A stretch of 63,031 bases of DNA, counting the filler, from Octopus bimaculoides (Eukaryota): NCBI RefSeq assembly GCF_001194135.2. It is 7 parts of 5 records of this genome, joined end to end, with 100 filler letters (N's around TTAATTAATTAA, not from the genome) between each part and the next. Parts side by side here need not be neighbours in the genome. Positions count along the whole stretch, not along the records: positions 1 to 9,342 come from NC_068982.1; positions 9,443 to 30,563 come from NC_068982.1; 5 more parts are not named here. One strand, written 5' to 3'. A model generated the notes under the pieces. It saw only the letters and a program-made list of their open reading frames with translations, searched no databases and had not been told where the DNA came from. This document shows, piece by piece, positions 1-11,948 of this stretch; the first letter of the stretch is position 1, and every line of letters starts with the position of its first letter. A program made the translations under genes and the position numbers.

Positions 1-230
1 TTTTTTTTTTTTTTTTTTAATTGAATCTTCGTGATTTTTTCCTTTCATCTAATTGTTTCCTTCTTTTCCTTTCCTTATACTGAAATATTAATTTCATAGT
101 TAACAATTCCAGAAATTTCCAAATATATGTATAATATATTCACATATCATTCAAGTTTACTGAAAATATTTGTAGAATCTCCACAACAAGGATCTAAATG
201 TATCATATTAACATGTCTTACAATTGAATC

Positions 231-446
231 GGTGAGCTGGCAGAATCGTTAGCACACTGGGCAACATGATAATCGGCATTTCGTCCGTTTTGGGCTTCTC
301 AGTTCGAATATCGCCGCGGTCGACTTTGGCTTTTATCTTTTCAAGTCGATAAAATAAGTACCAGTTGAACACTGGGTTGATGTAATTGTCTTATCCCCTC
401 CCACGAACTTGCAGCAGGCCTTGCGCTAAAATTTCAAACCAATATT
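231..446 (+). mobile_element. tRNA-derived SINE, family A (head GGTGAGCTGGCAGAATCGTTAGC)
   Basis: A-box-like TGGCAGAATCG and B-box-like AGTTCGAATAT. Central CTTTTATCTTTTCAAGTCGATAAAATAAGTACCAG module. About 12 similar copies in the window. Confidence 0.85.
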
Positions 447-571
447 TCTTAAAATTAATTAGTAGTCATTTAGTTGAAATTATATCTAATCTCTGAAATA
501 TTTGATTTACAATGATTTCGTTGTTGCTTTCAATTTTACGTCGAATTGTCAGGAAATTTTTCGAGCAAAGG

Positions 572-762
572 AAGGCGGCAAGCTAGCGGAATCGTTAGAA
601 TTCCTTGTGGTATTTTTTCCGCCTAATTCCTTACGTACACTCAAATCCTGCCGTGGTCAACATTGTCTTTCATTCCTCCAGGTTCGATAAAATAAAGTAC
701 CAGTCAAGTACTGAAATTGATCTCTCCCTTAAAATTCAGGCTTTGTACCTATATTAGAAACA
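572..762 (+). mobile_element. SINE family A, diverged copy
   Basis: Same head and GATAAAATAAAGTACCAG module as 231-446. Confidence 0.75.
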
Positions 763-1029
763 TTTTTTAAGGTAAGGGGAAATGGAATATATCACTGGAG
801 CATAACAGAGGTGAAAAACCAGTGGCTGAAGGTACAGAAAGGAGGTGATTGTTATTCTGAACAAGATGGATTCTCAGGAAGTTAACTCATTGAAACCTAA
901 TTTGATCACAATGTCTGGAGGTAGATATTCAGATGAAAGACGAGATTAAACATATGGAAACAGAACTCTTAATAAAAGACAACTCAAATTTCTGGAGGTA
1001 GATTTCCAGGCGAAAATCACAACTGTACC

Positions 1030-1415
1030 GTAAGAAGCCTGCTTCCCAACCACATGGTTCCGCGTTCAGTCCCACTGCGTGGTACCTTGGACAAGTGTCT
1101 TCTACTATAGCCTCAGGCCGATCAAAGCCTTATGAGTAGGTTTGGTGGGCGGAAACTGAAAGAAGTCCGTTGTATATATATATATATATATANNNNNNNN
1201 NNNNNNNNNNNNNNNNNNNNNNNNNNNNNNNNNNNNNNNNNNNNNNNNNNNNNNNNNNNNNNNNNNNNNNNNNNNNNNNNNNNNNNNNNNNNNNNNNNNN
1301 NNNNNNNNNNNNNNNNNNNNNNNNNNNNNNNNNNNNNNNNNNNNNNNNNNNNNNNNNNNNNNNNNNNNNNNNNNNNNNNNNNNNNNNNNNNNNNNNNNNN
1401 NNNNNNNNNNNNNNN

Positions 1416-1471
<56 letters not shown>

Positions 1472-1686
1472 TATATTTATGTGTGCGTTTCTTTGTGTCC
1501 GTCTTGACAACCTGCGTTGCTGTGTTTACGTGCCCGTAACATAGCGGTTCGGTAAAAGAAACGATAGAATAAGTACTAAGCTTATAAAGAATAAGTCCTG
1601 GGGTCGATTTCTTCGACTAAAACCTTTTTAGGCTGTGCTCCAGCATGGCCGTAGTCAAAATGACCGAAACATGTAAAAGAATAAAA
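1030..1686 (+). mobile_element. tRNA/CORE-type SINE, family B (head + CORE-like + internal microsatellite + tail), gap inside
   Basis: Head GTAAGAAGCCTGCTTCCCAACCACATGGTTCC, CORE-like ACCTTGGACAAGTGTCTT, (TA)n, tail ending GCATGGCCGTAGTCAAAATGACCGAAAC. More than 15 copies in the window. Confidence 0.85.
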
Positions 1687-2427
1687 GCATAGCTACATCA
1701 GGGAATCGAAATCAAGTCCTAAGCGACTCTCATGCCTCTGTTTAATTCTACTTTTACGTTTATCATTTTACAAAAGCCAACGAACTATTTGCCCAGTATA
1801 TTGTTTTTCTTATCTTTACGCAAAATGTATTCATGTTTTTGTGATAACTTTACAAAATAAGATAAAGACTATTGTGCTTGACATTTTACTAACTAGTAAA
1901 TATTTCAGTATCTAAGAAGCGTAGGTTGTTTTGTTATTCTTCTGTTATCTTTCTTTTAATCTTACTTCAAGGAATTAACGCAAATATTTAATTTTTTTTT
2001 AAGTGACATCAACAAAAGAATATTTTCGTGACCAAAGAAGCTTCTTGTATTGTTTAAGTCCAAGTCAACTCTACTAGGTTAAACTCTCAGATAGCACAGT
2101 CCAACTTGGCCATCTCTTTTTTTTTAAGACTATAAGGTATGATATAGCTGTTATTTCTAGCAGGCCCTGCGGCCACCTAGAAGTTTCTGCAATGGCTCCA
2201 CGTAATTTAACATTGTAAGAACTTCAAAAGCACTATTGCAGTTTCTAACGTGAAATAATTTATTAGATTTATTTTGATATAATTATTATTAACTATTAAT
2301 GCAATAATAATTTGCTAAACAATGCGTTGCGACGTTTGTGTATGAATACATACATACATACACTTACACACATACACACATACGTTCATACACTCACATA
2401 CACATATTATATATATANNNNNNNNNN

Positions 2428-2470
<43 letters not shown>

Positions 2471-2754
2471 TCAAAAGTAATTAATGAAGGTGATCATGTG
2501 TCTCCTGTTATCATTTATCAATAAATGGGATCGATGCAGGATGCGTCGAAACGATCGTTGTGAGCAATAAATTTCTCGTCTCTATCATCTTCTTTCTCAT
2601 TTGTTATATACTCAACGAACAATGAAGAATTTCCGATGTAGATCCAGCGATAATTGTATTAAAACCGTAGATGAGGTCAGGTAGCCATAGACAGTGAACG
2701 TGCTTAATCAGCTTAATACTCGGAACATTCACAACACTTAAAGATATATATATA

Positions 2755-3090
2755 TATTTACTTGTTTCAGTCATTTGACTGCGGCCATGCTGGAGCACCG
2801 TCTTTAGTCGAACAAATTGACCCCAAGCCGTATTCTTTGTAAGCCTCGTACTTATTCTATCGGTCTCTTTTGCCGAACTGCTAAGTTATAAGGAGGTAAA
2901 CACACCAACATCGCTGTAAAGTGATGATGGTGGCGTGGACAAACACAGACACACACATACATATATACATATACATACACATATATACGACAGGCTTCTT
3001 TCAGTTTCCGTCTACTAAATCCACTCACAAGGCTTTGGTGCCACGCAGTGGGACTGGACTCTGACCCAAGTGGTTGGGAAGCAAGCTTTT
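2755..3090 (-). mobile_element. SINE family B
   Basis: Reverse complement of the family B tail (TTACTTGTTTCAGTCATTTGACTGCGGCC) and head. Confidence 0.85.
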
Positions 3091-3098
3091 ACACATAC

Positions 3099-3187
<89 letters not shown>

Positions 3188-3194
3188 TATATAT

Positions 3195-4430
3195 GCAGAA
3201 CCAACCAAATGACAAAAAAAAACTACCGGCCAATTGCATGCCATAACTTAATGGATAAGATATATACAGCATGCTTAAACCTCGTCCTCCAAGACCATTG
3301 TGAAGCCAATAACATCATCACAGCAGAACAAGCAGCTGTGAAGAAGGGAGTCTGGGGATGTGCCGAGCAATTGTTAATCAACACAACTGTGATGTCAGAG
3401 GTGCAGGAGCATAGAAAGATCCTCAATTCAATGTGGGTAGACTACAAGAATGCCTTTGACTTTGTTCCCCACTCATGGATGCTAGAAGCCCTTCAATCTG
3501 CTAAAGTTCCAGTAAGCATAGTTGAGCTGACTTCATTGTGGGCAACCATTTTGAAACTAAATACAAAGAGTGACTGTATTATCACTGAAAGAATACAGAA
3601 TCGCAAAAGCATATTCCAAGGGGACAGCCTCTCTGTGATGTTGTTTATATTTTCTGTAAACTCTTCGTCATTCATGTTAAAGAAGTCTGAATGATATCTT
3701 ACTGGTCCACAAGGAAACAGAAATACCAAAATTACACACTGTTTCTTCGTGGATAACTTGCAACTTTATGCAAAGAATATGCATGAGATGAAAAAGAGCC
3801 ATGTCCTAGTTACAACATTCTCAAAGGATGTAGGGTTGGAGTTTGGTCAGGATAAATGTTGTTATATGTTGTGAAAAGGGGAAAAACTATAAACCAGACT
3901 AGCAACATCTCCATCAATGATTTGACTGTTTCCTCTGTATCTAACAAGGAATGTTACAGGTATCTAAGGGTCGATGGAAACATCTTACAATGGACTTGTG
4001 AAAGAATACGTATCACTAAAAAATATTACAGCCGAATAAAGAAAATTTGCACCTCAGAACTTTCTGCATTCAATAAAACAGTGGCCCATGATGTGTTTGC
4101 AGTGCCAGTACTCATACCAACATTTGGGCTACTTGATTGGATGCTTGATGCGATTCGAGCCATTGGTGTGAAAACCCGAAAAATACTAACAAGCAAACAT
4201 AATTTCCGCATAAAAAGTAACGTAGACGCCTCTACCTAAAACGAAAACAAAGCAGCAGAGGCTTAACATCGATCCAAAATGCCTTTGAATGTCATATCAT
4301 ATTCCTTATTGAATGTCATATCATTTAACCACCAAGTATAGAAGTCCATCCCTTGACCAAGTTTGCATACATGAGGCTGATAACATCATAAGACTTGGAA
4401 GGTAACTCCTTGAGCAACATTCTTTGTCTG
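3195..4430 (+). mobile_element. R4/Dong-clade non-LTR retrotransposon, reverse transcriptase fragment (disrupted)
   Basis: ORFs 3074-3694 and 3856-4239 give NYRPIAC..., EQAAVKKGVWGCAEQLLIN, WVDYKNAFDFVPHSW, IFQGDSLS, and F-VD-N at the YMDD position. Stops and frameshifts present. Confidence 0.9.
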
Positions 4431-5351
4431 ATAACCTAGAATACATACATACATACATACATACGAAAATCCCCTGTCATTGATGTTAAAATTCCAATGA
4501 TGGAGCCTTGGATCTAGGTTAGAAACCAACTCTTTATTGGCAAGAAATCTTGAAATAAACGGACTCCATTCAATTTCCGCCCACCAAATCCACTCGCAAA
4601 GTTTTTGCTGGCCTATGGCTGCTTATAGAAGACATTTGCCCAAGATGCCACGCAAAATCTTTTGGAACTCTGTAAGATCTAAGATGATAGCATGATTATT
4701 AAGCTAATTATGAAAATTTGTTAGTTTATTGTTACTATTAAAATATAATAAAATATAAATATATTTCCTTTGAATATGTCAGATTTGACCGTCTGCTACT
4801 TGCATGAGTAGCTGTCAAAATTTCCACATGGGAACAACGTAGGATTATTCAAAGCGTATGTCATTTATGTAGTCTACCGTTTTCTTGGCAACTGACCAAA
4901 CTATCTAATTATCTAAATCTTTGTGCTTGTGTGAATATGCGTGGTTTTGTGTGCGTGTGCGTGCGTGCACCTGTCTGTCTGTGTGTGTGCGCACGCACGA
5001 CAGCTTAACATTGAAGTAATGGCTATACGTTTATTGTTTATTCTTGAGATTAATCTGAAGAATATTTTGAGATTTTGAATATATTTAGGACTCTAAATTA
5101 GTTTCAGCATCGCGTATGTCTTTCTGTGTCATTTGTGTGCGTGTGTGCGTGTGTGCGTGTGTGCGTATGTGTGTATGAGCGTGCGTTTGTGTGTGTCTGT
5201 GTGTGTGTTTGTCTATATGTCTGTCTGTGTCTCTGTGTGTTTGTCTATGCGTCTGCATACCATTTATCTATTTATCCATATGAAATATAATTTGAGGTGT
5301 TCAGCACTTATTTTTATACAGTTCTTTCAAATAAATAGATTTGAAGTCTGC

Positions 5352-5422
<71 letters not shown>

Positions 5423-6231
5423 CACACACATACACACATATAAATATACATACACACATATGTGTGTATGCGTGTATTTACGCTTGTCTATATGCATGGT
5501 TAACACTGAACATATTTGTATATAATTATTCATGTACATATTCCTATTTATTCTGATTTAATTATACTAATTATGTTTAATTTTGTTTGTTTGCAAATCA
5601 AACAATGAATTTAATTAGCATCACAAATGAACACAGATGAATTTCGAGGCTATTTTAGAACGTCAGTCCTTAATCCTCCTGTCTTGAAAGTTGTCTCTCC
5701 CTTTCCATCACTCTTCTAAAAAAAGACTGGAAGATATATTTTTATCATATTTTCATACACCCATTTCCCCATCTACTTCTGCCTCTTCAAGAAATGTCTG
5801 ATAATCTTCATATCTGATTGTGTCCCAACAACCTACTACCAATGATCACGACAATTTTCTCGATGTTCAACCGAACCTTTGCAGCGAAGAAATTGTATTA
5901 ACGAAGCTAATAATCTTCCAATTATTAGACTTCTCTTCCTTCAAGGCTATTTGGCATCACGCCAATCCGTAAAAGGGCAATTCTATAAAGGGGGTCAGTT
6001 TTATATATGGTAAAGGGAATTATTCATTACGAAATGACCCTTTCCATTACGCTTGTCAATAAATATGAAGATATGAAGAGAAAGGAATCCAAACACAGAG
6101 GAAGTTAAACATATTTCCTTCACAAATAACAGCAAAAAATGTTAAACCCTTAAAAATCAAAAATTAAATTCAAAATAAATTTATGCTTATTCTGTCCAGT
6201 TTCATGTAGGGATCATAGATTGGGTTCAAAG

Positions 6232-6785
6232 GTAGCAGTGTGGTAAGTAGCTTGCTTACCAACCACATGTTTCCGGGTTCAGTCCCACTGCATGGCGCCT
6301 TGGGCAAGTGTCTTCAACTATAGCCTCGGGCTGACCAAAGCCTTGTGAGACGGAAACTGAAAGAAGCCCGTCGTATATATGTATATATGTGTATGTATGT
6401 GTGTGTGTGTGTGTGTGTGTGTTTGTGTCTGTGTTTGTCCCCCCCCACACACACACACATCGCTTGACAACAGATGCTGATGTGTTTACGTCCCCGTAAC
6501 TTAGCGGTTCGGCAAAAGGAACCGATAGAATAAGTATCAGGCTTACAAAGAATAAGTCCTGGGGTCGATTTGCTCGACTAAAGGCGGTGCTCCAGCTNNN
6601 NNNNNNNNNNNNNNNNNNNNNNNNNNNNNNNNNNNNNNNNNNNNNNNNNNNNNNNNNNNNNNNNNNNNNNNNNNNNNNNNNNNNNNNNNNNNNNNNNNNN
6701 NNNNNNNNNNNNNNNNNNNNNNNNNNNNNNNNNNNNNNNNNNNNCCAGCTTGGCCGCAGTCAAATGACTGAAACGAATAAAAAAA
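6232..6785 (+). mobile_element. SINE family B, gap inside
   Basis: Full head GGTAGCAGTGTGGTAAGTAGCTTGC, CORE-like segment, (GT)n, tail. Confidence 0.9.
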
Positions 6786-6907
6786 ATTTTTTTAATAAAA
6801 GTATGTCAATTTTAGAAGTATATTTTATTACTACCTAAATACTGCTGTGTGTTTTTTTTGTTTTCTTTTTGGTAGGGGAATCCCAATGTGAAGAAACTGT
6901 GACATTG

Positions 6908-7060
6908 TGAGCTGACAGAATCGTTAACACGCCGGGAAAAATGCTTAGCAGCATTTCGTCCGTCGCTACGTTCTGAGTTCAAATTCCACCTATTCGATTT
7001 TGCCTTTCATCCTTTCGGGGTCGATAAAATAAGTATCAGTTGAACACTGGGGTCAATATA
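6908..7060 (+). mobile_element. SINE family A
   Basis: GTGAGCTGACAGAATCGTTAACAC...GCCTTTCATCCTTTCGGGGTCGATAAAATAAGT. Confidence 0.85.
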
Positions 7061-7905
7061 AAAGACTTCAATTTTTTGCCGAACCGCTAAGTTAAATACG
7101 TTAACAACGTGAAGAAAATGGAAAACAGGACAAGTAAACACAGTTGTTGGCTGTCTGTCTACTCCTCATTTCGAGCATTCAACGACAATATGCGTCTCCA
7201 AAGACAATTGCTCCCATGAATTCTAAAATAGAATTTAGGATTTATGGAGGGTCAAAGTTGGGAACAAAAACATGACAGTGAAGACATACAAGGAAACTGC
7301 ACGAAAACAATATAAAATAAATTCTGTGGATGTACAAGCCTCCATACTCTTTATTATATAGTCAATTCAAATAAACGAATAAAAACGGATAGCATAAGAA
7401 ATGTATTAGCTTGGCACTCGTTGAAAGGATATATATATAAAGGATNNNNNNNNNNNNNNNNNNNNNNNNNNNNNNNNNNNNNNNNNNNNNNNNNNNNNNN
7501 NNNNNNNNNNNNNNNNNNNNNNNNNNNNNNNNNNNNNNNNNNNNNNNNNNNNNNNNNNNNNNNNNNNNNNNNNNNNNNNNNNNNNNNNNNNNNNNNNNNN
7601 NNNNNNNNNNNNNNNNNNNNNNNNNNNNNNNNNNNNNNNNNNNNNNNNNNNNNNNNNNNNNNNNNNNNNNNNNNNNNNNNNNNNNNNNNNNNNNNNNNNN
7701 NNNNNNNNNNNNNNNNNNNNNNNNNNNNNNNNNNNNNNNNNNNNNNNNNNNNNNNNNNNNNNNNNNNNNNNNNNNNNNNNNNNNNNNNNNNNNNNNNNNN
7801 NNNNNNNNNNNNNNNNNNNNNNNNNNNNNNNNNNNNNNNNNNNNNNNNNNNNNNNNNNNNNNNNNNNNNNNNNNNNNNNNNNNNNNNNNNNNNNNNNNNN
7901 NNNNN

Positions 7906-7940
<35 letters not shown>

Positions 7941-8665
7941 GCATACATGTATCTGTGTATTGTTTATGTATGTATGTATGTTTAATCATATGGTATTCCA
8001 GCATAGTTATAGGCTGAAACACTAAAAGTATATATATGGTGGGGGTGTATAACCATTCCTATTCTTTCTTTCCAGTATACCCTTGCTATGTAATTGTCAC
8101 TGTCTCTATTTAAGTATCTATCTATCTTTCTATTTATTTATCTGTTAATTTCTCTCCTCTATTTCCGCCTCCTCCTCCTCACTCTTTTCCTCCCACCATA
8201 GTTCTTTATTTCACATACACTGTATGTACGGTGTTTTTTGGGAACGGAGAAAGTTTTGTTTTCTCAAAATTCGGACAATGTTTATAATCGCTCTGAAATG
8301 GGAGAAAAATATGTTAATGATAGAAATAAAAGCAAAAAACAACGTAACACAATAAAACGAAACAAAATAGAGAGGGGTGAGAACGTAGTTAAAGTTACGT
8401 GGAGTAAATAACAAAAACAAAATGTCTATGCTTTCGTTGAGGCGAAACAACGTGCTAAGTCGACAGAATAGGTGGCTGACTCGACTATGGAAAGTAGTGT
8501 ACTGGCAAATGTTAGTTACTATGACGTGTATTAACAATAAGCTGGGAGTAAATAATAAACTATGACAGATTGTTTATTTATTTTACGATGCCATGAAGGT
8601 GACAAATCATTTAAGTTGTTGAATTTAAACGAAGAAGCAAATTGACAAAGCGTGATGCAAAGTGT

Positions 8666-8757
<92 letters not shown>

Positions 8758-9006
8758 AGGAGAGAGACAAACAGACAGACAAAGAGAGATTATCTATCCA
8801 TCTATACATATATACATACACATGCAGGAAAATACGTACAAATATGTATACACACACGATACATGCATACATACACACACACATACAAACACACACATAC
8901 AAACACACACGTACACACGTAAACACACACACTCATATTTATCTATCTATCTATCTAAATATATGAGAGCGTGTGCGTGTAGTATGTCTCTTTCTCTCTT
9001 TCTTTC

Positions 9007-9064
<58 letters not shown>

Positions 9065-9341
9065 TAAGAGTATCTCAACAGGCATGATAGAGCTGCACAA
9101 TATATTCACTGGGTAATATGCAAAAACCTGGACTTGCCCCATGATAAAAACTGGTGGGAACACAAACCACCCCCAGTACTTGAAAATGATCACATTGCAC
9201 TCCTCTGGAACTTCACCATTCAAACTGACAGAAAGATAGACGCAAATAGGCCAGACATCATACTGAAAGACTTCAGACAAAAATCATGCCTCCTCATTGA
9301 TATGACTGTCCCAATTGATATAAACGTATCTGTCAAGACCT
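9065..9341 (+). mobile_element. R4/Dong-clade LINE, restriction-like endonuclease fragment, immediately after (TAA)n
   Basis: RHDRAAQYIHW...WWEHKP...LWNFTIQTDRKIDANRPDII...CLLIDMTVP (RHD / PD..D motifs). Confidence 0.9.
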
Positions 9342-9342
9342 A

Positions 9343-9442
9343 NNNNNNNNNNNNNNNNNNNNNNNNNNNNNNNNNNNNNNNNNNNNTTAATTAATTAANN
9401 NNNNNNNNNNNNNNNNNNNNNNNNNNNNNNNNNNNNNNNNNN
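9343..9442. other. Artificial 100-bp scaffold spacer N44-TTAATTAATTAA-N44
   Basis: Same 44+12+44 structure at 9343, 30564, 37607, 42016, 53190 and 58881. The 12-mer has stops in all six frames. Confidence 0.95.
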
Positions 9443-9471
<29 letters not shown>

Positions 9472-9474
<3 letters not shown>

Positions 9475-10320
9475 GCTTTGGACAAAATAATGGAAACACC
9501 TTAAAATTTCAAACAAATTTATTTTAATATGAGGCAGGACCGCCTTTCGAAGGCACTTTCAGGACGCACTTTCAGCATCGGTTTGATTTTTGAACTCCTT
9601 CTCTCGCAGGAAACCATCAAGGTGCTTGAAAAAGTGGTAGTCAGTTGGAGAAAGGTCTAGGGAATAAATTGGGTGGGGAAGAACTTCGTAGCCAAGTTTC
9701 CTCAACTTCTGGAGCATCATTAGTAAAACGTGTGGTCGAACATTGTCATGAAGAATGATTGGCCCTCTTCTGTTGACCAGTCTGGGACGGAGAAGCAGCA
9801 GTTTTTCGTTCATTTTTGGCAATTTCATGGCATCATGTTTCTGCAATAATGGTTTTACCGGGTTTAAAGAAGTTATAGTGGATGAGTCCGGCAGTACACT
9901 ACCAGACAGTCACCATAACCTTCTCTTTGAAGAGCCTGAGTTCAGGGAAGGTTTTCGGTGCTTCATTTTGGTCCAACCACTGCGAAGAAAGTTTTTTATT
10001 ATTATACAGAATCCACTTTTCATCACAAGTTACAATACGTCGAGAAATGGATCGGTCTGGTTACGGAAAAGAAGCGTCGAGTAAATTTCATACCTGCGCG
10101 TTTTCTGATTTTCATTCAAATCGTGTAGTACCGATTTGTCGAGCTGTTTTGATTTTCCAATCACATTCAAATGGCTTCAGGCAGTTTTTTGGTTAGCTTG
10201 AAGTTCTTTTGCCAGTTCTCGGGTGGTTTTACGTGGATCTTTTCAATGAAGGTCTTTAATTGATTGTCATCGACTATGCTTACGATCTTCAAGGCTCAGA
10301 TCTCCACTGCGAAATCGTGA
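9472..10320 (-). mobile_element. mariner (DD34D) transposon relic, 5'-truncated
   Basis: Minus-strand peptides RIVTCDEKWILYNN, VMVTVW, IILHDNVRPH, HPIYSLDLSPTDYHFF. Terminus TA|CAGGCTTTGGACAAAATAATGGAAACACC at 9470-9500. Confidence 0.9.
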
Positions 10321-10418
10321 CTATAATACAAAATACTTGCCCAAGGAGCCATGCAGCGGGACTGAACTCAGAATCATATGGTTGGAAAGCACGTATCTTA
10401 CAACACAGCCACGACTGC

Positions 10419-10488
<70 letters not shown>

Positions 10489-11269
10489 NNNNNNNNNNNN
10501 NNNNNNNNNNNNNNNNNNNNNNNNNNNNNNNNNNNNNNNNNNNNNNNNNNNNNNNNNNNNNNNNNNNNNNNNNNNNNNNNNNNNNNNNNNNNNNNNNNNN
10601 NNNNNNNNNNNNNNNNNNNNNNNNNNNNNNNNNNNNNNNNNNNNNNNNNNNNNNNNNNNNNNNNNNNNNNNNNNNNNNNNNNNNNNNNNNNNNNNNNNNN
10701 NNNNNNNNNNNNNNNNNNNNNNNNNNNNNNNNNNNNNNNNNNNNNNNNNNNNNNNNNNNNNNNNNNNNNNNNNNNNNNNNNNNNNNNNNNNNNNNNNNNN
10801 NNNNNNNNNNNNNNNNNNNNNNNNNNNNNNNNNNNNNNNNNNNNNNNNNNNNNNNNNNNNNNNNNNNNNNNNNNNNNNNNNNNNNNNNNNNNNNNNNNNN
10901 NNNNNNNNNNNNNNNNNNNNNNNNNNNNNNNNNNNNNNNNNNNNNNNNNNNNNNNNNNNNNNNNNNNNNNNNNNNNNNNNNNNNNNNNNNNNNNNNNNNN
11001 NNNNNNNNNNNNNNNNNNNNNNNNNNNNNNNNNNNNNNNNNNNNNNNNNNNTATATATATATATATGAAACGCACCCTAATTCAAACTGCCTGAAGCAAG
11101 ACAATTACGCTAACTTTAGGTGCAAGTTGTGAGTTGTGGGCGTAGTAATGTATTACATAAATGATGCACTGCAAAAACTTGAAACGGGTAAATATATCTC
11201 ATGTAGTTTCGATGACATACTGTGTCAAGATAAAGAAAATCTCATCACTGCAAATATCAAATAAACTCC

Positions 11270-11703
11270 CATCATTCCTAGATGGGATTGAAGATGTCCA
11301 TGACACTAAGGTGTTTCTACACTCGGTGCTCGCGCCAATAGCAGCCTATCGGCAAATACATGTAGTTTGTGTGTTAAGTATATGTAGTCGATGATGTTTA
11401 TTACGCTACTGTTGCTTTTATTTCATATTTGAATTTATTCTTACGTATGCATTGTCCGGACATATGGTCTGCATGTCATAAGCATATAAGTCGTGGACTG
11501 GTGAAATAATTCATCTCCGATTCTGTTGGGTACATGATGTTGACAAGCCGCAAAATGGCGAAACATCGATGTCCATCACTCCTAGATGGGATTGAAGGTG
11601 AGTTATTTTGCCTGTCCATAACTCTAAGGTGTTTTTACACCCGACACTTTGAGTGAGTATTCTCTACCACACCAATAGCAGCCTGCCGGCAAATACACGT
11701 ATA
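11270..11703 (+). repeat. Partial tandem (about 1.4-mer) of a 304-nt unit containing a hammerhead motif; retrozyme / Penelope pLTR-like
   Basis: 11270-11365 and 11574-11703 share CATCA(T/C)TCCTAGATGGGATTGAAG, TGTCCAT..TAAGGTGTTT.TACAC and CCAATAGCAGCCT..CGGCAAATACA.GTA. About 90% identity in aligned blocks, with two indels. Confidence 0.75.
11535..11578 (+). ncRNA. Minimal type I hammerhead ribozyme motif (U3-A8 variant)
   Basis: Stem I TGATG/CATCA, core TTGACAA, stem II GCC-GCAAAAT-GGC, GAAA, helix III palindrome ACATCGATGT, cleavage triplet GUC (after 11573). Confidence 0.75.
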
Positions 11704-11714
11704 TATTCATGTTG

Positions 11715-11902
11715 TTAAATAGACTTTTTCTCTGCATTTTTTTTACGTTCCCTCTCCAGTTTTTTTTCTCTCAATCGTTTCTGTCGAAAAGCGTAGACAC
11801 TAGAAACGCCATAGACTTTTCCATTCTTCCCGAGCGTGCGTCAAACTAATACACCTGCTTGTTGTTCCTCACCTGTCTTCGTCTTTTGTTTCTGTTAATT
11901 TG

Positions 11903-11905
<3 letters not shown>
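11715..11905 (+). mobile_element. Short about 190-bp interspersed element with decayed hammerhead-like motif (family of 20385-20575 and 45925-46110)
   Basis: TTTCTGTCGAAAAGCGTAGACACTAGAAACGCC...CCCGAGCG...CTAATACA...CACCTGTCTTCGTC aligns to the other two copies. Confidence 0.7.

Positions 11906-11948
<43 letters not shown>

Noticed and set aside
8430-8460. Stem + CGAAAC motif
   Set aside because: No CUGANGA-like core and no NUH/stem I.
9387-9398. Recurrent TTAATTAATTAA palindrome (also 30608, 37651, 42060, 53234, 58925)
   Set aside because: Always centred between exactly 44 Ns on each side (100 bp total), with stops in all six frames. It is an assembly spacer, not biology, and contiguity across these points is uncertain.
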